A DNA stretch of 64,000 nucleotides, from contig NZ_DATBQK010000022.1 of the NCBI RefSeq assembly GCF_036560865.1, positions 7,493-71,492 on the forward strand, given 5' to 3'. The stretch comes from Rudaea sp. GTDB lineage: Bacteria > Pseudomonadota > Gammaproteobacteria > Xanthomonadales > Rhodanobacteraceae. A program made the translations under genes and the position numbers. The notes beneath the pieces are model-generated. The model worked only from the letters and a program-made list of their open reading frames with translations. It was not told the origin of the DNA and did no database searches. Shown here in pieces: positions 1 to 9,537 of the stretch; the first letter of the stretch is position 1; each line of letters opens with the position of its first letter.

Positions 1-57
1 CAACGCGCACGGCGCGACGAGCAGGGCAAGCGTGGCGACTACGATTTTGGCCGACAT
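1..57 (-). CDS. 5' end (19 codons) of a gene for an exported protein; the rest lies outside the window
   Basis: ATG at 57 with AAAGGA about 9 nt upstream. MSAKIVVATLALLVAPCAL is signal-peptide-like. Same strand as envC and 95 nt downstream of it. An S41 C-terminal processing peptidase often follows envC, but 19 residues cannot confirm that. Confidence 0.35.
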   Translation of the reverse strand, partial: MSAKIVVATLALLVAPCAL

Positions 58-152
58 AAGCGCGATCCTTTCAGGCTCAGCAAACACGTTCGATTATAGG
101 GCTGCAAGCGCAGCAATCAGGTTAAACGCAATAGGGCCGCGCGCGCCGACAA

Positions 153-1334
153 TCAAGGCTTGAGCCACGCGCGCGGATCGACCGGCTTGCCCTGCGCGCG
201 CAACTCGAAATACACGCCCGCGGTTTTCTGCCCGCCGCTGACGCCGCTGCTGGCGATGGTCTCGTTCGCGCCGACCCAGTCGCCGACATCCTTGAGCAGG
301 GTTTCGTTGTAGCCGTACAGGCTCAGGAAACCGTCGCCATGATCGACGATCAGCAGCAGGCCGAAGCCGCGCATCCAGTCGGCGAACACCACGCGCCCGT
401 GCGAAACTGCGTGCACCTCGCTGCCTTCCGCCGCAGCGATCACGACGCCGTTGCTGGTGCGGTCGCTGCCTTGGCCTTCCTTGACGCCGAAGCGGGCAAT
501 GATCCTGCCGCGCGCCGGCCAGTTCAATCGACCACGCAATTGGGCGAAGGGTTCCGCGCCGGCGAGCTGTTTCGGAATATCGGCGAACACGTCGCGCAGT
601 CTTTCAAGCAGATCGACGAGACCTTTTTCGTCCTTGCCCAGAGCGGCGAGGCGCGTCTGTTCATCCTTCAGCTGAGTCTCCAGATCGGCCAGCAGCGCAC
701 GCCGCTGCGTACGCTCCGCATCGAGCATCTGCGCCTGCGTTGCACGCTCGTCGCGAGACGCCTTGAGTTCGGCAGTTTCCTGATCGATCGCGCTTTGCAC
801 CAGCGCCAGCGCGTTCAGACTGTTCAGCAGATTGTCGATTTCGCCAATGCGCGCGTGTTCGAAATAACGGAAATACGCGAGCATGCGTCCGATCGCCGCA
901 CTGTCTTCCTGCGCCAGCAGCAGCTTCAGCTCCTCGTTGTTGCCCAGCGCGTAGGCCGAACGCAGCAGCGCGGCCAGCGCCTCGCGCTGCGACTGCAGTT
1001 TCACGTTCAGCGCATCGCGCTGGGTTTCCAGATCCCTGAGCTTGTCCTGCTGCGCCACGAGTTTCTGCTCGATCACGCGCAGATCTTTCGCGCTGGCGGC
1101 GACCTTCAGCTCCTGCTCGCGCAGCGCGGCATCGGCATCGTTCTTCTGACTAGCGATTTCTTTTTGCGCTTCGCTGATTTTTTTTATTTCCGCGCGCACG
1201 TCGTCGAGTTTTTGTTTGGCTTGCGCCTCTTGCGTGGTGTGCTGGGTGGCGTCGGCTTGGGCACGCGCCTGGCTCATTCCCAGCATTGCGCCGAGGGCGA
1301 GGATAATCGCCGCGGCGATCGTTTTGCTCGTCAT
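153..1334 (-). CDS. envC: Murein hydrolase activator EnvC-like protein (signal peptide, long coiled coil, C-terminal M23/LytM domain)
   Basis: Last 393 codons of ORF 153..2126(-). Signal peptide MTSKTIAAAIILALGAMLGMSQARA, a Q/E/A/L/K-rich coiled-coil region, and C-terminal HGRVVFADWMRGFGLLLIVDHGDGFLSLYGYN...GVYFELR. The upstream 264 codons of the ORF are read-through of intergenic repeats, so the start is set at ATG 1334. gpmI-envC synteny matches enterobacteria. Confidence 0.8.
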   Translation of the reverse strand: MTSKTIAAAIILALGAMLGMSQARAQADATQHTTQEAQAKQKLDDVRAEIKKISEAQKEIASQKNDADAALREQELKVAASAKDLRVIEQKLVAQQDKLRDLETQRDALNVKLQSQREALAALLRSAYALGNNEELKLLLAQEDSAAIGRMLAYFRYFEHARIGEIDNLLNSLNALALVQSAIDQETAELKASRDERATQAQMLDAERTQRRALLADLETQLKDEQTRLAALGKDEKGLVDLLERLRDVFADIPKQLAGAEPFAQLRGRLNWPARGRIIARFGVKEGQGSDRTSNGVVIAAAEGSEVHAVSHGRVVFADWMRGFGLLLIVDHGDGFLSLYGYNETLLKDVGDWVGANETIASSGVSGGQKTAGVYFELRAQGKPVDPRAWLKP

Positions 1335-2020
1335 ACCGGCGAAAGCCGGTATCCAGTGTCTTTGGCTCTTGCGGTGTTCAAGAGCAGAGCTTCCACTCGC
1401 CTGCGGCGAGCGGGTCACTTTTCTTTGTGTGCCCAAAGAAAAGTAACCAAAAGAAATGCACCCCCGATGCCGCGCTCTGCGCGCTGCGCGCTCCGAGTCC
1501 GCGAGCGCACGGCGGGGTTCGCTTGATGGACATCCATGTCCATTCGCGAACGGGCGCGCCTCAGGCGCGCCCTCCTCACGGACATTTCCGCCGTGCCCTC
1601 GCCGCGCCAAAGAGGGACCCGGATCAAGAGCAAAGCGGCGCACGCCGTGCCCTTGATCTTTTCCCCCTAGCCACGCCATCGCGGCGTAGTCCAAGGATGG
1701 ACGTGTTCGTGGAAGAAACGGCGGCCTTCGCGGTGCCGAGCATCGCAGGCTGCGGCGGTAAATGCCCGAAGGGGCGCGCGCACGAGGCGCGCGCGTGAGC
1801 GAATGTACATGGATGTACATCAAGCGAACCCCGTCGCAGCCGAGAAGCACAGGGCATTGTGCTGCGCTGACGCGCAGCACAACACCGCGTCGGGCGCCTA
1901 GCCTTTTGGTTACTTTTGCGCAATGGCAAAAGTAACTCGCTCGCCGCAGGCGAGTGAAAGCCTTTGCTTTCGAAAGAGCGAAAAGCGAGAAACTGGATTC
2001 CGGCTTTCGCCGGAATGACG
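1329..2020. repeat. ~690-bp nested imperfect palindrome built from REP/MITE-like hairpin units (outer arms 1329-1356 / 1993-2020, ~100-bp mid arms, inner arms 1514-1593 / 1753-1832; centre ~1674)
   Basis: Read directly: cgtcataccggcgaaagccggtatccag vs ctggattccggctttcgccggaatgacg; cactcgcctgcggcgagcgggtcacttttc..aaaagtaaccaaaag vs cttttggttacttttg..aaaagtaactcgctcgccgcaggcgagtgaaag; ggggttcgcttgatggacatccatgtccattcgc vs gcgaatgtacatggatgtacatcaagcgaacccc. Its translations (IPAFAGMT, KVTKR...) are typical of spurious ORFs over intergenic repeats in high-GC proteobacteria. Confidence 0.85.
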
Positions 2021-2122
2021 AGCTAAAGCTAAGACGCTGTATTACACGGGGCCCCTGCCGCGTGCCGATGCTATCTGGCTTGCGCCATAGCCACGACCAA
2101 AGGTCGAACAGCGCGAGCAATC

Positions 2123-3655
2123 TCAAGCGAAGCGGACGAGTGAATGGCCGGTCATGTCGGCCGGCTGCGCCAACCCCATCAATGCGAGCGCAGTCGGCGC
2201 CAGATCGCGCAGGGCGCCGTGTTCGAGCATTGCCTTGCGGCCGACGTAGACGAGCGGGACCGGGCCGAGTGTGTGCTGGGTGTGCGGCACGCCGTTGGCG
2301 TCGAGCATCTGTTCGAAGTTACCGTGGTCGGCGCTGATCAGCATTTCGCCGCCGGCTTGCACGATCGCCGCGGTGATGCGCCCGAGTGCGGCGTCGACGG
2401 CTTCGGCGGCTTTGATCGCGGCGTCGAGTTTGCCGGTGTGGCCGACCATGTCGGCGTTGGCGATGTTGCAGACGATGAAATCGTATTTTCCACCGGCGAT
2501 CGCCGCGACAAGCTTGTCGGTCAGCTCGGGACAGCTCATCTCCGGCTTGAGATCATAGGTCGCCACTTTCGCGCTCGGTACGAGGATGCGCTCTTCGCCG
2601 GTGTAGGGTTGCTCGCGGCCGCCGGAGAAGAAGAACGTCACGTGCGCGTATTTTTCCGTTTCCGCAATGCGCAATTGGCGCAAGCCCAGGAACGCCAGAT
2701 ATTCGCCGAGCGAATTGGACAGCGACTGCGGCCGATAGGCGACCGCGGTCACCGCCAGATCGACGCTGTATTCGGTCAGGGTGACAAATGCGGACAAGTG
2801 GATTTTGCGCACTTTTGCAAATCCGGCGAATGCCTCGTCGACGAACGCACGTGTGAGCTGACGCGCGCGATCGGCGCGGAAGTTCATGTAGATCACCGCA
2901 TCGCCATCGGCGAATCCGGCGCCGGCATCAGTGGTCGAGCCGATCACGGTGGGTTTCACGAACTCGTCGTTTTCGCCGCGCGCATAAGCTGCGTCGAGCG
3001 CTGCCAGCGCGTCCGTCGCATGGAATTCGGACTCGCCTTCCGCGATCGCGTTGTAGGCCAGTTCGACGCGCTCCCAGCGCTGGTCGCGATCCATCGCATA
3101 ATAGCGCCCGCCGATCGTCGCGATGTGTGCATTGCCAAGCGCGGTGCATTTCGCCTGCAGCTTTTCCAGCGAGGCGCGCGCACTCTGCGGTGGCGTATCT
3201 CGGCCGTCGAGAAACGCATGCACGGCGACCTGGGCAACGCCTTGCGCGGCGGCAAGTTCGAGCAGACGAAAGATATGTTCCTCGTGGCTGTGCACGCCGC
3301 CGGGCGAGAGCAGACCGAATACATGCAGGACATGGTTTTTCGCCGCGGCGCAGGCGCCGAGCAGCGCCGGATTGGTGAAGAAGCTGCGATCCTCGATCGC
3401 CGCGTCGATGCGCGTCAGATCCTGATAGACGATGCGGCCCGCGCCGATGTTCATGTGGCCAACTTCGGAATTGCCCATCTGATCGTCGGGCAGGCCGACG
3501 AAGTGGCCATGCGTTTCGACCAGGGTATGCGGATAGGTGGCGAGCAGATGCCGCCAGTTCGGCAATTTCGCCTGGGCGATCGCGTTGTTCGCGGCTTCCT
3601 CGCGATGGCCCCAGCCATCGAGAATCAGCAGCAAGACAGGCTTCGGTGCCGGCAT
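2123..3655 (-). CDS. gpmI: 2,3-bisphosphoglycerate-independent phosphoglycerate mutase
   Basis: 510-aa C-terminal part of ORF 2123..4780(-): MPAPKPVLLLILDGWGHREE...DDQMGNSEVGHMNIGAGRIVYQDLTRI. ATG 3655 has GGAG 6 nt upstream. The rest of the 885-aa ORF overlaps a + strand gene and is non-coding. Confidence 0.95.
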   Translation of the reverse strand: MPAPKPVLLLILDGWGHREEAANNAIAQAKLPNWRHLLATYPHTLVETHGHFVGLPDDQMGNSEVGHMNIGAGRIVYQDLTRIDAAIEDRSFFTNPALLGACAAAKNHVLHVFGLLSPGGVHSHEEHIFRLLELAAAQGVAQVAVHAFLDGRDTPPQSARASLEKLQAKCTALGNAHIATIGGRYYAMDRDQRWERVELAYNAIAEGESEFHATDALAALDAAYARGENDEFVKPTVIGSTTDAGAGFADGDAVIYMNFRADRARQLTRAFVDEAFAGFAKVRKIHLSAFVTLTEYSVDLAVTAVAYRPQSLSNSLGEYLAFLGLRQLRIAETEKYAHVTFFFSGGREQPYTGEERILVPSAKVATYDLKPEMSCPELTDKLVAAIAGGKYDFIVCNIANADMVGHTGKLDAAIKAAEAVDAALGRITAAIVQAGGEMLISADHGNFEQMLDANGVPHTQHTLGPVPLVYVGRKAMLEHGALRDLAPTALALMGLAQPADMTGHSLVRFA

Positions 3656-3811
3656 GACTTTCTCCACTCCCTGCGCTGTTTGATCACGCGCATGGTAGCG
3701 GAATTCGACCGGCGCCTGCGATGATCGCCGGCTGCGATTAAACCCCAAGGGCGTTTGCCGCATCTCAACTTGCGCAACTCGCTCATTCCGTCTTGTAGAA
3801 GGGAGATTTCC

Positions 3812-4471
3812 ATGATCCGCACCACATTCGCCCTGTTGCTCACGCTCGGCGTCGCTGCACCGGCATTCGCCGACGACGGCGATATCGACAAGGTCAACGG
3901 CGGCATCCAGGTCGCCGACGGCAACACGGCCGGCAAACTCACCACCGTGAACGGCGGCATCCATGTCGGCGCGAACGCGCATGCGCGCAGCGCGGAAACC
4001 GTGAACGGCGGCGTCGACATCGGCGCGGGCTCCAGCGTCGATTCCGTCGAGACGGTCAACGGCGGCGTGAAGCTCGGCAGCAAGACCACGGTGGCGAAAA
4101 CCGCGGAAACCGTGAACGGCTCGATCACGCTTGGCAACGGCGCCGACGTCGCCGGCAAGCTGACCAACGTCAACGGCGGGATCAAGCTCGACGCTGCGCA
4201 TGTCGGCGGCGGCATCGAAACCGTCAATGGCGACATCACGGTCGGCGCGAATTCGCGCGTCGAAGGCGGCATCTTCGTCGACGAGAATCATTCGTTGCTC
4301 AACTGGGGTACCTCGCACAAGCCGCGCATCGTGATCGGCCCGCACGCGATCGTGCAGGGCAAGCTCACGTTCAAGCGCGAGGTCGACCTCTATGTCAGCG
4401 ACAGTGCGACGATCGGTGCGGTCGAAGGCGCGAGCGCGCAGAAATTCAGCGGCGATCAGCCGCCGCAGTAA
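3812..4471 (+). CDS. Exported repeat protein with seven ~18-residue VNGG[IV]-type repeats (predicted beta-helix/solenoid; family not identified)
   Basis: GGGAG lies 6 nt before ATG 3812. Signal peptide MIRTTFALLLTLGVAAPAFA. Repeats include VNGGIQVADGNTAGKLTT, VNGGIHVGANAHARSAET, VNGGVDIGAGSSVDSVET, VNGGVKLGSKTTVAKTAET and others. A terminator follows. Confidence 0.7.
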   Translation: MIRTTFALLLTLGVAAPAFADDGDIDKVNGGIQVADGNTAGKLTTVNGGIHVGANAHARSAETVNGGVDIGAGSSVDSVETVNGGVKLGSKTTVAKTAETVNGSITLGNGADVAGKLTNVNGGIKLDAAHVGGGIETVNGDITVGANSRVEGGIFVDENHSLLNWGTSHKPRIVIGPHAIVQGKLTFKREVDLYVSDSATIGAVEGASAQKFSGDQPPQ

Positions 4472-4509
4472 TCCACAGCGAATCATTTGACCGCGCACCA
4501 GGGATAGCC

Positions 4510-4554
4510 ACGCGCAGCGTCGATTGATGATCGCGCTGCGCGTTTGGGTTTTCG
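4510..4554 (+). terminator. Rho-independent terminator after the repeat-protein gene
   Basis: 10-bp stem acgcgcagcg / cgctgcgcgt (4510-4519 / 4534-4543) followed by ttgggttttcg. Confidence 0.6.
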
Positions 4555-4563
4555 TCCGGCCTG

Positions 4564-6936
4564 TTACTGGTAGTTCAACGCCGCAGCCGTTGGAATCCGC
4601 GTCGCGCGCAGGGCGGGCCAGACACAGGCCAGCACGGATACAAACACGATCAGCAGCAGCCAGCTCAACGCGCCGAAAGCGCCGGGCGCATAGCGCGTCG
4701 GCAGGCTGAACATCACGCGCCCGAAGGCTGAGGCGAGCGCCGCACTCATTGGTACTGACAACGGCAGCGATACAAGCCAACCCAAAACAGCGATGACGAT
4801 GCCCTCGGCCAGGATCATGCGCATGATCGCGCCGTGGCGCGCGCCGATCGCGCGCATCACGCCGATCTCGCGCGTACGTTCAAGCACCGCAAGACTCATC
4901 GTCGACGCCAGACCCATGCCGCCGACCGCGATCATCACCCAGGCCATCGCACCGAGGAATTCGACCACCATCAGCAGGTGATCCTCGACGACGCGACGCG
5001 CCTCGCTGAGCAGCTGGCTGCTGGCGACGGGCATGGCCTTGGTGGCAAGCTCGGCGCGCAGACGCGCGATCACGTCGAGTTGTGCAGCGGCATTATGTGC
5101 GCCCGTCGCGACGACCAGGGTCGAGGCGCGATCGTCACCGTGCAAGGCGTCAAGCGCGGCACGCGGCGCGTAGGCGAGCGCCTGCGGTCCGGCCTCGACG
5201 ATGCCGACGATCGTCCAAGGCGTCGCTTGACCGTCGATCTGCAAGGTGACTTGCGCGCCCGGGGTCAGCGTGGGCTCGTCCTTGAGCAAGGCGCGGCTGA
5301 TCGCCAGCGCACTGCGATCGGACGGATCAAGCCAACGCCCCTGCTTCACCACCGGGACCAGCATCGGCGAGTCGGCAGGCAGGCCGACCACGGTGAACGC
5401 GTTGCCGGGTATGCCATCCGCATGCGTGTTCGTCGCACTTGCGCTGGCCAGCGCCAGCACCCGCTCCACGCCCTCGACATTCGCGGCGGTAGTCTCCATC
5501 TGCGCGGCCGGATAGGCAGTGGCCATGCGCAAGACGACGTCGTAGTGCTGGCTGGAAAAAAGCATATCCACCGACCCGCGCACCGCGCTGCGCAGATTGT
5601 CGGCGCCGAGGTAGACGGCACCGCCTGCGGCCAGCGCGAGCAGGGTCAACAGCATGCGCTGGCGGCGCCGGAACGCGTTGCCGATCGACAGCTGCAGCGG
5701 TCGGCCGATACCGGGAATCGCGATCCGGCGACGCAGATAAAACCCGCCGCGCTCGGCGGCGATGCCCGGATCGCTGAGCGCGGCATGCACCGGCATGCGA
5801 CAGGCGCGCACGACCGGAGTCGCCGCAGCCGCAACCGGCAGCAGGCAACCGACAGCGAGTTGCAACGCGATCGCCCACCACGGAATCGCGTAGCCGGCGA
5901 TCGGAAAATTCAGCATGTCGGCTTTCAACGCCGCGTATGGACGTCCGATTGCAATCGCCGCGGGCAGCGCGATCGTCGAAGCGAGCACCCCTAGCAACAG
6001 GGCGAAGACCAGATACATGGCACCGATCTGGCGCGGCCCCGCACCGAGCGCTTTCATCACGCCGATCTCGCGCGTCTGCCCGGCGAGCATCGCGGTGATC
6101 AGGTTGACGATCAGGAAACTGCAGACCAGCAGGGTGAGCAGGCCAAACACGCCCTGGGTCAGCATCAGCGAATCCATCTGCGCGGCGTGCGCATGTTGCC
6201 CGGGCACCGGCACATCGACCTTGCCGACCTGTTTTCCATTGCGTTCGATCAGGGCCTTGACCTCGTAGGCGATGCGCCGCACCGCGTCGCGATCGGCCGC
6301 GGCATCGCGCACGACGATCTGGATCTCGTCGAACGTTGCGGGGACACCCAGCGTTTCCAGAGTCGCCGGCGTGACGAAGGCATACACGATGTGATCCATC
6401 CAGCCGGGCGGAAGGCTGACATCGCGCGCAATTCCCGTCACCGGCAGCGCATGCTGCGGATTTTTTCCGACCTGCAGGGCGAGCGATTCGCCGAGGCCCG
6501 AGCCGGAAAAATCCAGCGAGGATCGCTCGAGGACGATCTCGCCATCGCGCGGCGGCCACACGCCGCGTTCGGGTTGCAGCTTGCCGATATCCTGCGCGCT
6601 GAAATCCTGCAATGCGTAGAGTTCGGCGACGAGACGTGCGCCATTCGATTCGACCGTCGCGAACACGCTGCGGCGCGCGCGGGCGGCCGTGATCGCCGGC
6701 AACGCGCGCACCTGCGCGAGCAGGGCGTCATCGACCGCGTCAACATGCAGCGTGGCGGATACCGGATGGCTCGCTTGATAGGTTTCGGCGGTCACGCGCC
6801 GCACCAGCGCCCAGGCATCGAGCAAGGCGCCGGCGGCGATCATCCCGGTCGCGACCGCGAGCACCACGAGCAGCGTGCGCGCCTTGTGCAGCCAGGCGTC
6901 GCGCAGCATCTTGCGCCAGCGCGGACTAATCGGCAT
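4564..6936 (-). CDS. ABC transporter permease with two FtsX-type halves (MacB/YbbP-like architecture)
   Basis: 790 aa with two blocks of TM helices, each preceded by a large extracytoplasmic region. ATG 6936 has GGAG 7 nt upstream and overlaps the ATPase stop by 11 nt. An alternative ATG is at 6960. Confidence 0.8.
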   Translation of the reverse strand: MPISPRWRKMLRDAWLHKARTLLVVLAVATGMIAAGALLDAWALVRRVTAETYQASHPVSATLHVDAVDDALLAQVRALPAITAARARRSVFATVESNGARLVAELYALQDFSAQDIGKLQPERGVWPPRDGEIVLERSSLDFSGSGLGESLALQVGKNPQHALPVTGIARDVSLPPGWMDHIVYAFVTPATLETLGVPATFDEIQIVVRDAAADRDAVRRIAYEVKALIERNGKQVGKVDVPVPGQHAHAAQMDSLMLTQGVFGLLTLLVCSFLIVNLITAMLAGQTREIGVMKALGAGPRQIGAMYLVFALLLGVLASTIALPAAIAIGRPYAALKADMLNFPIAGYAIPWWAIALQLAVGCLLPVAAAATPVVRACRMPVHAALSDPGIAAERGGFYLRRRIAIPGIGRPLQLSIGNAFRRRQRMLLTLLALAAGGAVYLGADNLRSAVRGSVDMLFSSQHYDVVLRMATAYPAAQMETTAANVEGVERVLALASASATNTHADGIPGNAFTVVGLPADSPMLVPVVKQGRWLDPSDRSALAISRALLKDEPTLTPGAQVTLQIDGQATPWTIVGIVEAGPQALAYAPRAALDALHGDDRASTLVVATGAHNAAAQLDVIARLRAELATKAMPVASSQLLSEARRVVEDHLLMVVEFLGAMAWVMIAVGGMGLASTMSLAVLERTREIGVMRAIGARHGAIMRMILAEGIVIAVLGWLVSLPLSVPMSAALASAFGRVMFSLPTRYAPGAFGALSWLLLIVFVSVLACVWPALRATRIPTAAALNYQ

Positions 6937-7645
6937 GCGCGGTCTCCACGATGCGTCCATCGGCCAGCGTCACCGCACGCGTCGCGTGGCGGATCGCGCT
7001 GGGCTCGTGGGTGACCATGACCACAGTCTGACCTTCACGCACCAGATCCGAAAGCACTTCGAGCAGGGCTTGCGCCGTGCGCGAATCGAGATTACCGGTC
7101 GGCTCGTCGGCCAGCAGGATGGCCGGCGCGTTCGCCAGTGCGCGCGCGACTGCGACGCGTTGCTGCTGCCCACCCGACAGTGCCGCGGGAAGCTTGTCGG
7201 CCTGGTCGGCAACGCCGAGCCGTTCGAGCAGGGCGAGTGCGCGCGGTCGGCGTTCGCGCGCAGGCCAACGCTTGCCGAAGTCCATCGGCAGCATGACGTT
7301 CTCCGCCGCGGTCAGGGTGGGCAGCAACTGGAAGAACTGGAACACGATGCCGATCGAACGTCCGCGCCAGGCCGAAAGCGCTTTCTCCGACAACTGGCGC
7401 AGCGCCTGACCGTCAATCATGATTTCGCCGCTGCTCGGGCGATCGATGCCGGCGAGCAGATTGAGCAGGGTCGACTTGCCGCTGCCGGATTGGCCGACGA
7501 CGGCGACGAACTCGCCACGCTCGATCGCAAGATCGATATCGATCAGCGCGTTGAAGTCACCCGCCAGGCTTGCATAGCGCTTGCCGACGCTGCGCAGCGA
7601 GATCAGCGAAGCGGATGTCGGACTCGGGTTGGAAAGTAGCGTCAC
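6926..7645 (-). CDS. ABC transporter ATP-binding protein (MacB/LolD-type)
   Basis: Walker A GQSGSGKST, signature LSGGQQQR, Walker B ILLADEPT, H-loop VMVTHE. GTG 7645 with GGAG 7 nt upstream is chosen; the longer start at 7792 has no support. Confidence 0.85.
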   Translation of the reverse strand: MTLLSNPSPTSASLISLRSVGKRYASLAGDFNALIDIDLAIERGEFVAVVGQSGSGKSTLLNLLAGIDRPSSGEIMIDGQALRQLSEKALSAWRGRSIGIVFQFFQLLPTLTAAENVMLPMDFGKRWPARERRPRALALLERLGVADQADKLPAALSGGQQQRVAVARALANAPAILLADEPTGNLDSRTAQALLEVLSDLVREGQTVVMVTHEPSAIRHATRAVTLADGRIVETAHAD

Positions 7646-7868
7646 GGTGTCGCTCCAGAGCAATCGATGCTGTGGTTGCACTGTAAGTCGCGGCGGAGGG
7701 TTGGAGCGTGCGGCTCGGCAGCTCCATTCGACGCTTCGGCGAATTCCCGTGCGCGCGCATTCGCGCGAGCGCCGTTCGGCGGCATCGACCAACCGTTCGG
7801 CGAAAGCGTCCGCTCGCGCGCCAGCTCTGGTGGCATGCTGCGTTCACCTTCAATCCACGGAGCTTCCA

Positions 7869-8468
7869 ATGAATCGCGCTTGTATACTTGTATTCTCGCT
7901 GGTCCTGATGCTTCCAATCGTCGCCCTTGCGCAGCACAGCGCCGATGCGCCCGCGCCTTCACCCGGCGCGGTTCCGGTTGAGGCCAAACAATTCGATTTC
8001 CTGCTTGGACAATGGGAGCTGCAGGTGCATCCGAAAGTCAGCAGCCTGGTGGCGATGATCCACGGCGCACCGAAACTGGCCGGCACCTGGAAGGCGTGGC
8101 GCGTACTGGATGGTCTTGGCATCGAGGATGAAATACGCATTGTTGATGGCTCCGGCAATCCGATATCCTTGACCCGCGCGCTGCGTATCTACGCCAAAAC
8201 CGACGCGCGCTGGAAAGTCAGTGGCGTCGATGCCTATCGTGCACGCTTCAGCGAAGCGAGTGGACAACTGCAAGGTGGCGAGATGCGTTTCGAAGGACAC
8301 TCCACCGATGCCGAGGGCAAACCCGAGATAACCCGCACGCGCTATTACGATATCAGCGCCGACAGTTTCCACATGCAGCAGGATCGCTCGGCCGATAACG
8401 GCCAGACCTGGGAAGAAGGCGTGCTGACGATCGATGCCAAACGCACGGCTGCGAGCGCAACGCCGTGA
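7869..8468 (+). CDS. Secreted hypothetical protein (signal peptide; FDFLLGQWE motif, possibly lipocalin/DUF1579-like)
   Basis: ATG 7869. MNRACILVFSLVLMLPIVALA is a signal peptide. It is the first gene of a same-strand run with the LytS/LytTR pair. The family assignment is only a resemblance. Confidence 0.55.
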   Translation: MNRACILVFSLVLMLPIVALAQHSADAPAPSPGAVPVEAKQFDFLLGQWELQVHPKVSSLVAMIHGAPKLAGTWKAWRVLDGLGIEDEIRIVDGSGNPISLTRALRIYAKTDARWKVSGVDAYRARFSEASGQLQGGEMRFEGHSTDAEGKPEITRTRYYDISADSFHMQQDRSADNGQTWEEGVLTIDAKRTAASATP

Positions 8469-8505
8469 TCCTGTTCCCACGATTGCGTACGGACTAGAGG
8501 CACGC

Positions 8506-9537
8506 ATGGCACGCGGCTGGGTCTGGTTGCAACTCGCCGTCGCGTGGCTGCCGATGTGGGCGCTGTTCGCCGCGCTCATCGTGCTTGCGCACGGCATGCC
8601 TTTTGGCAATGCCGCGCTCGGCGCGCTGCGCATGATCGCTGCGGGAGCGGTGCTCGGTGTCGTGGTATACAAATTCACCGAGCGCATGCCGTGGCCGCAT
8701 CCGTTCCGGCTGGGCTTCGTCGGCGCGCACGTGCTCGCCGCAGCCGCGTACGCGGCGGGCTGGCTGGTGCTGATGAGCCTGATCGACAGCCTGATCGTCG
8801 GCCATCTTGTACTCGTCATCGGCCCGGGCCTGGGGCTGTTCTTCCTGACCGGAATCTGGCTGTACATCGTTGTCGCCGGTGTGGCCTACGCCAATCTCGC
8901 TGCGCAGCGCACGGCGAAGATCGAGGCGCAGACCGCGCGCATGCAGCTCGATACCTTGCGCGCGCAATTGCACCCACACTTTCTTTTCAATGCCCTGCAC
9001 ACAGTCGTGCAGCTGATACCGATCGATCCGCGCGGCGCGACGCGCGCAGCCGAGCAACTCGCCGGCGCATTGCGCGTCACGATCGAAGAGCAACGCGATC
9101 TGGTTTCGCTGGCCGAGGAGTGGGCCTTTGTCGAGCGCTATCTGGCGATCGAGTGCATCCGCTTCGGCGACCGCTTGGTCGTGCAAGCGCAGATCGACGC
9201 GGCCGCACGCGCGGCGCTGTTGCCCTCGTTTGCGCTGCAGACGCTGGTTGAAAATGCGGTGCGCCACGGCGCCGCGCCGCGCGCGGAACCGACCCGACTG
9301 GCGATCACGGCGTCGGCAACCGCCGCGACGTTGACGCTGACGGTGAGCGACGACGGTGCCGGTGTGAACGTCGGCGATATCGAGCGCAGCGCAGGCACCG
9401 GCCTGCGCCGCCTGCGCGAACGTATGCGCTGGCTGTATGGCGATCGCGCGCAGCTTGAACTTTCCAGTGAAACTGCCCATGGTTTCCGCGCCACGTTGCG
9501 CATGCCGCAACTTGCAGACCGGATCGGCGATGAATGA
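8506..9537 (+). CDS. LytS/YehU-type sensor histidine kinase
   Basis: Multi-TM N-terminus, His_kinase box LRAQLHPHFLFNALHTV, and an HATPase region LVENAVRHG...VSDDGAGV...GTGLRRLRERM. ATG 8506 follows AGAGG. Confidence 0.85.
   Translation: MARGWVWLQLAVAWLPMWALFAALIVLAHGMPFGNAALGALRMIAAGAVLGVVVYKFTERMPWPHPFRLGFVGAHVLAAAAYAAGWLVLMSLIDSLIVGHLVLVIGPGLGLFFLTGIWLYIVVAGVAYANLAAQRTAKIEAQTARMQLDTLRAQLHPHFLFNALHTVVQLIPIDPRGATRAAEQLAGALRVTIEEQRDLVSLAEEWAFVERYLAIECIRFGDRLVVQAQIDAAARAALLPSFALQTLVENAVRHGAAPRAEPTRLAITASATAATLTLTVSDDGAGVNVGDIERSAGTGLRRLRERMRWLYGDRAQLELSSETAHGFRATLRMPQLADRIGDE

Noticed and set aside
1415-2126. Six small ORFs (66-127 aa) and the envC extension over 1415-2126
   Set aside because: They are translations of the two arms of the palindromic repeat cluster, mirror-image sequences on both strands. 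No SDs are present, and the peptide strings are typical of repeat-derived false genes.
3656-4780. The 375-codon N-terminal extension of the gpmI ORF (2123..4780)
   Set aside because: The conserved GpmI N-terminus (MPAPKPVLLLILDGWG) starts at ATG 3655 with a good SD. The extension overlaps the + strand repeat-protein gene and has no similarity to anything.
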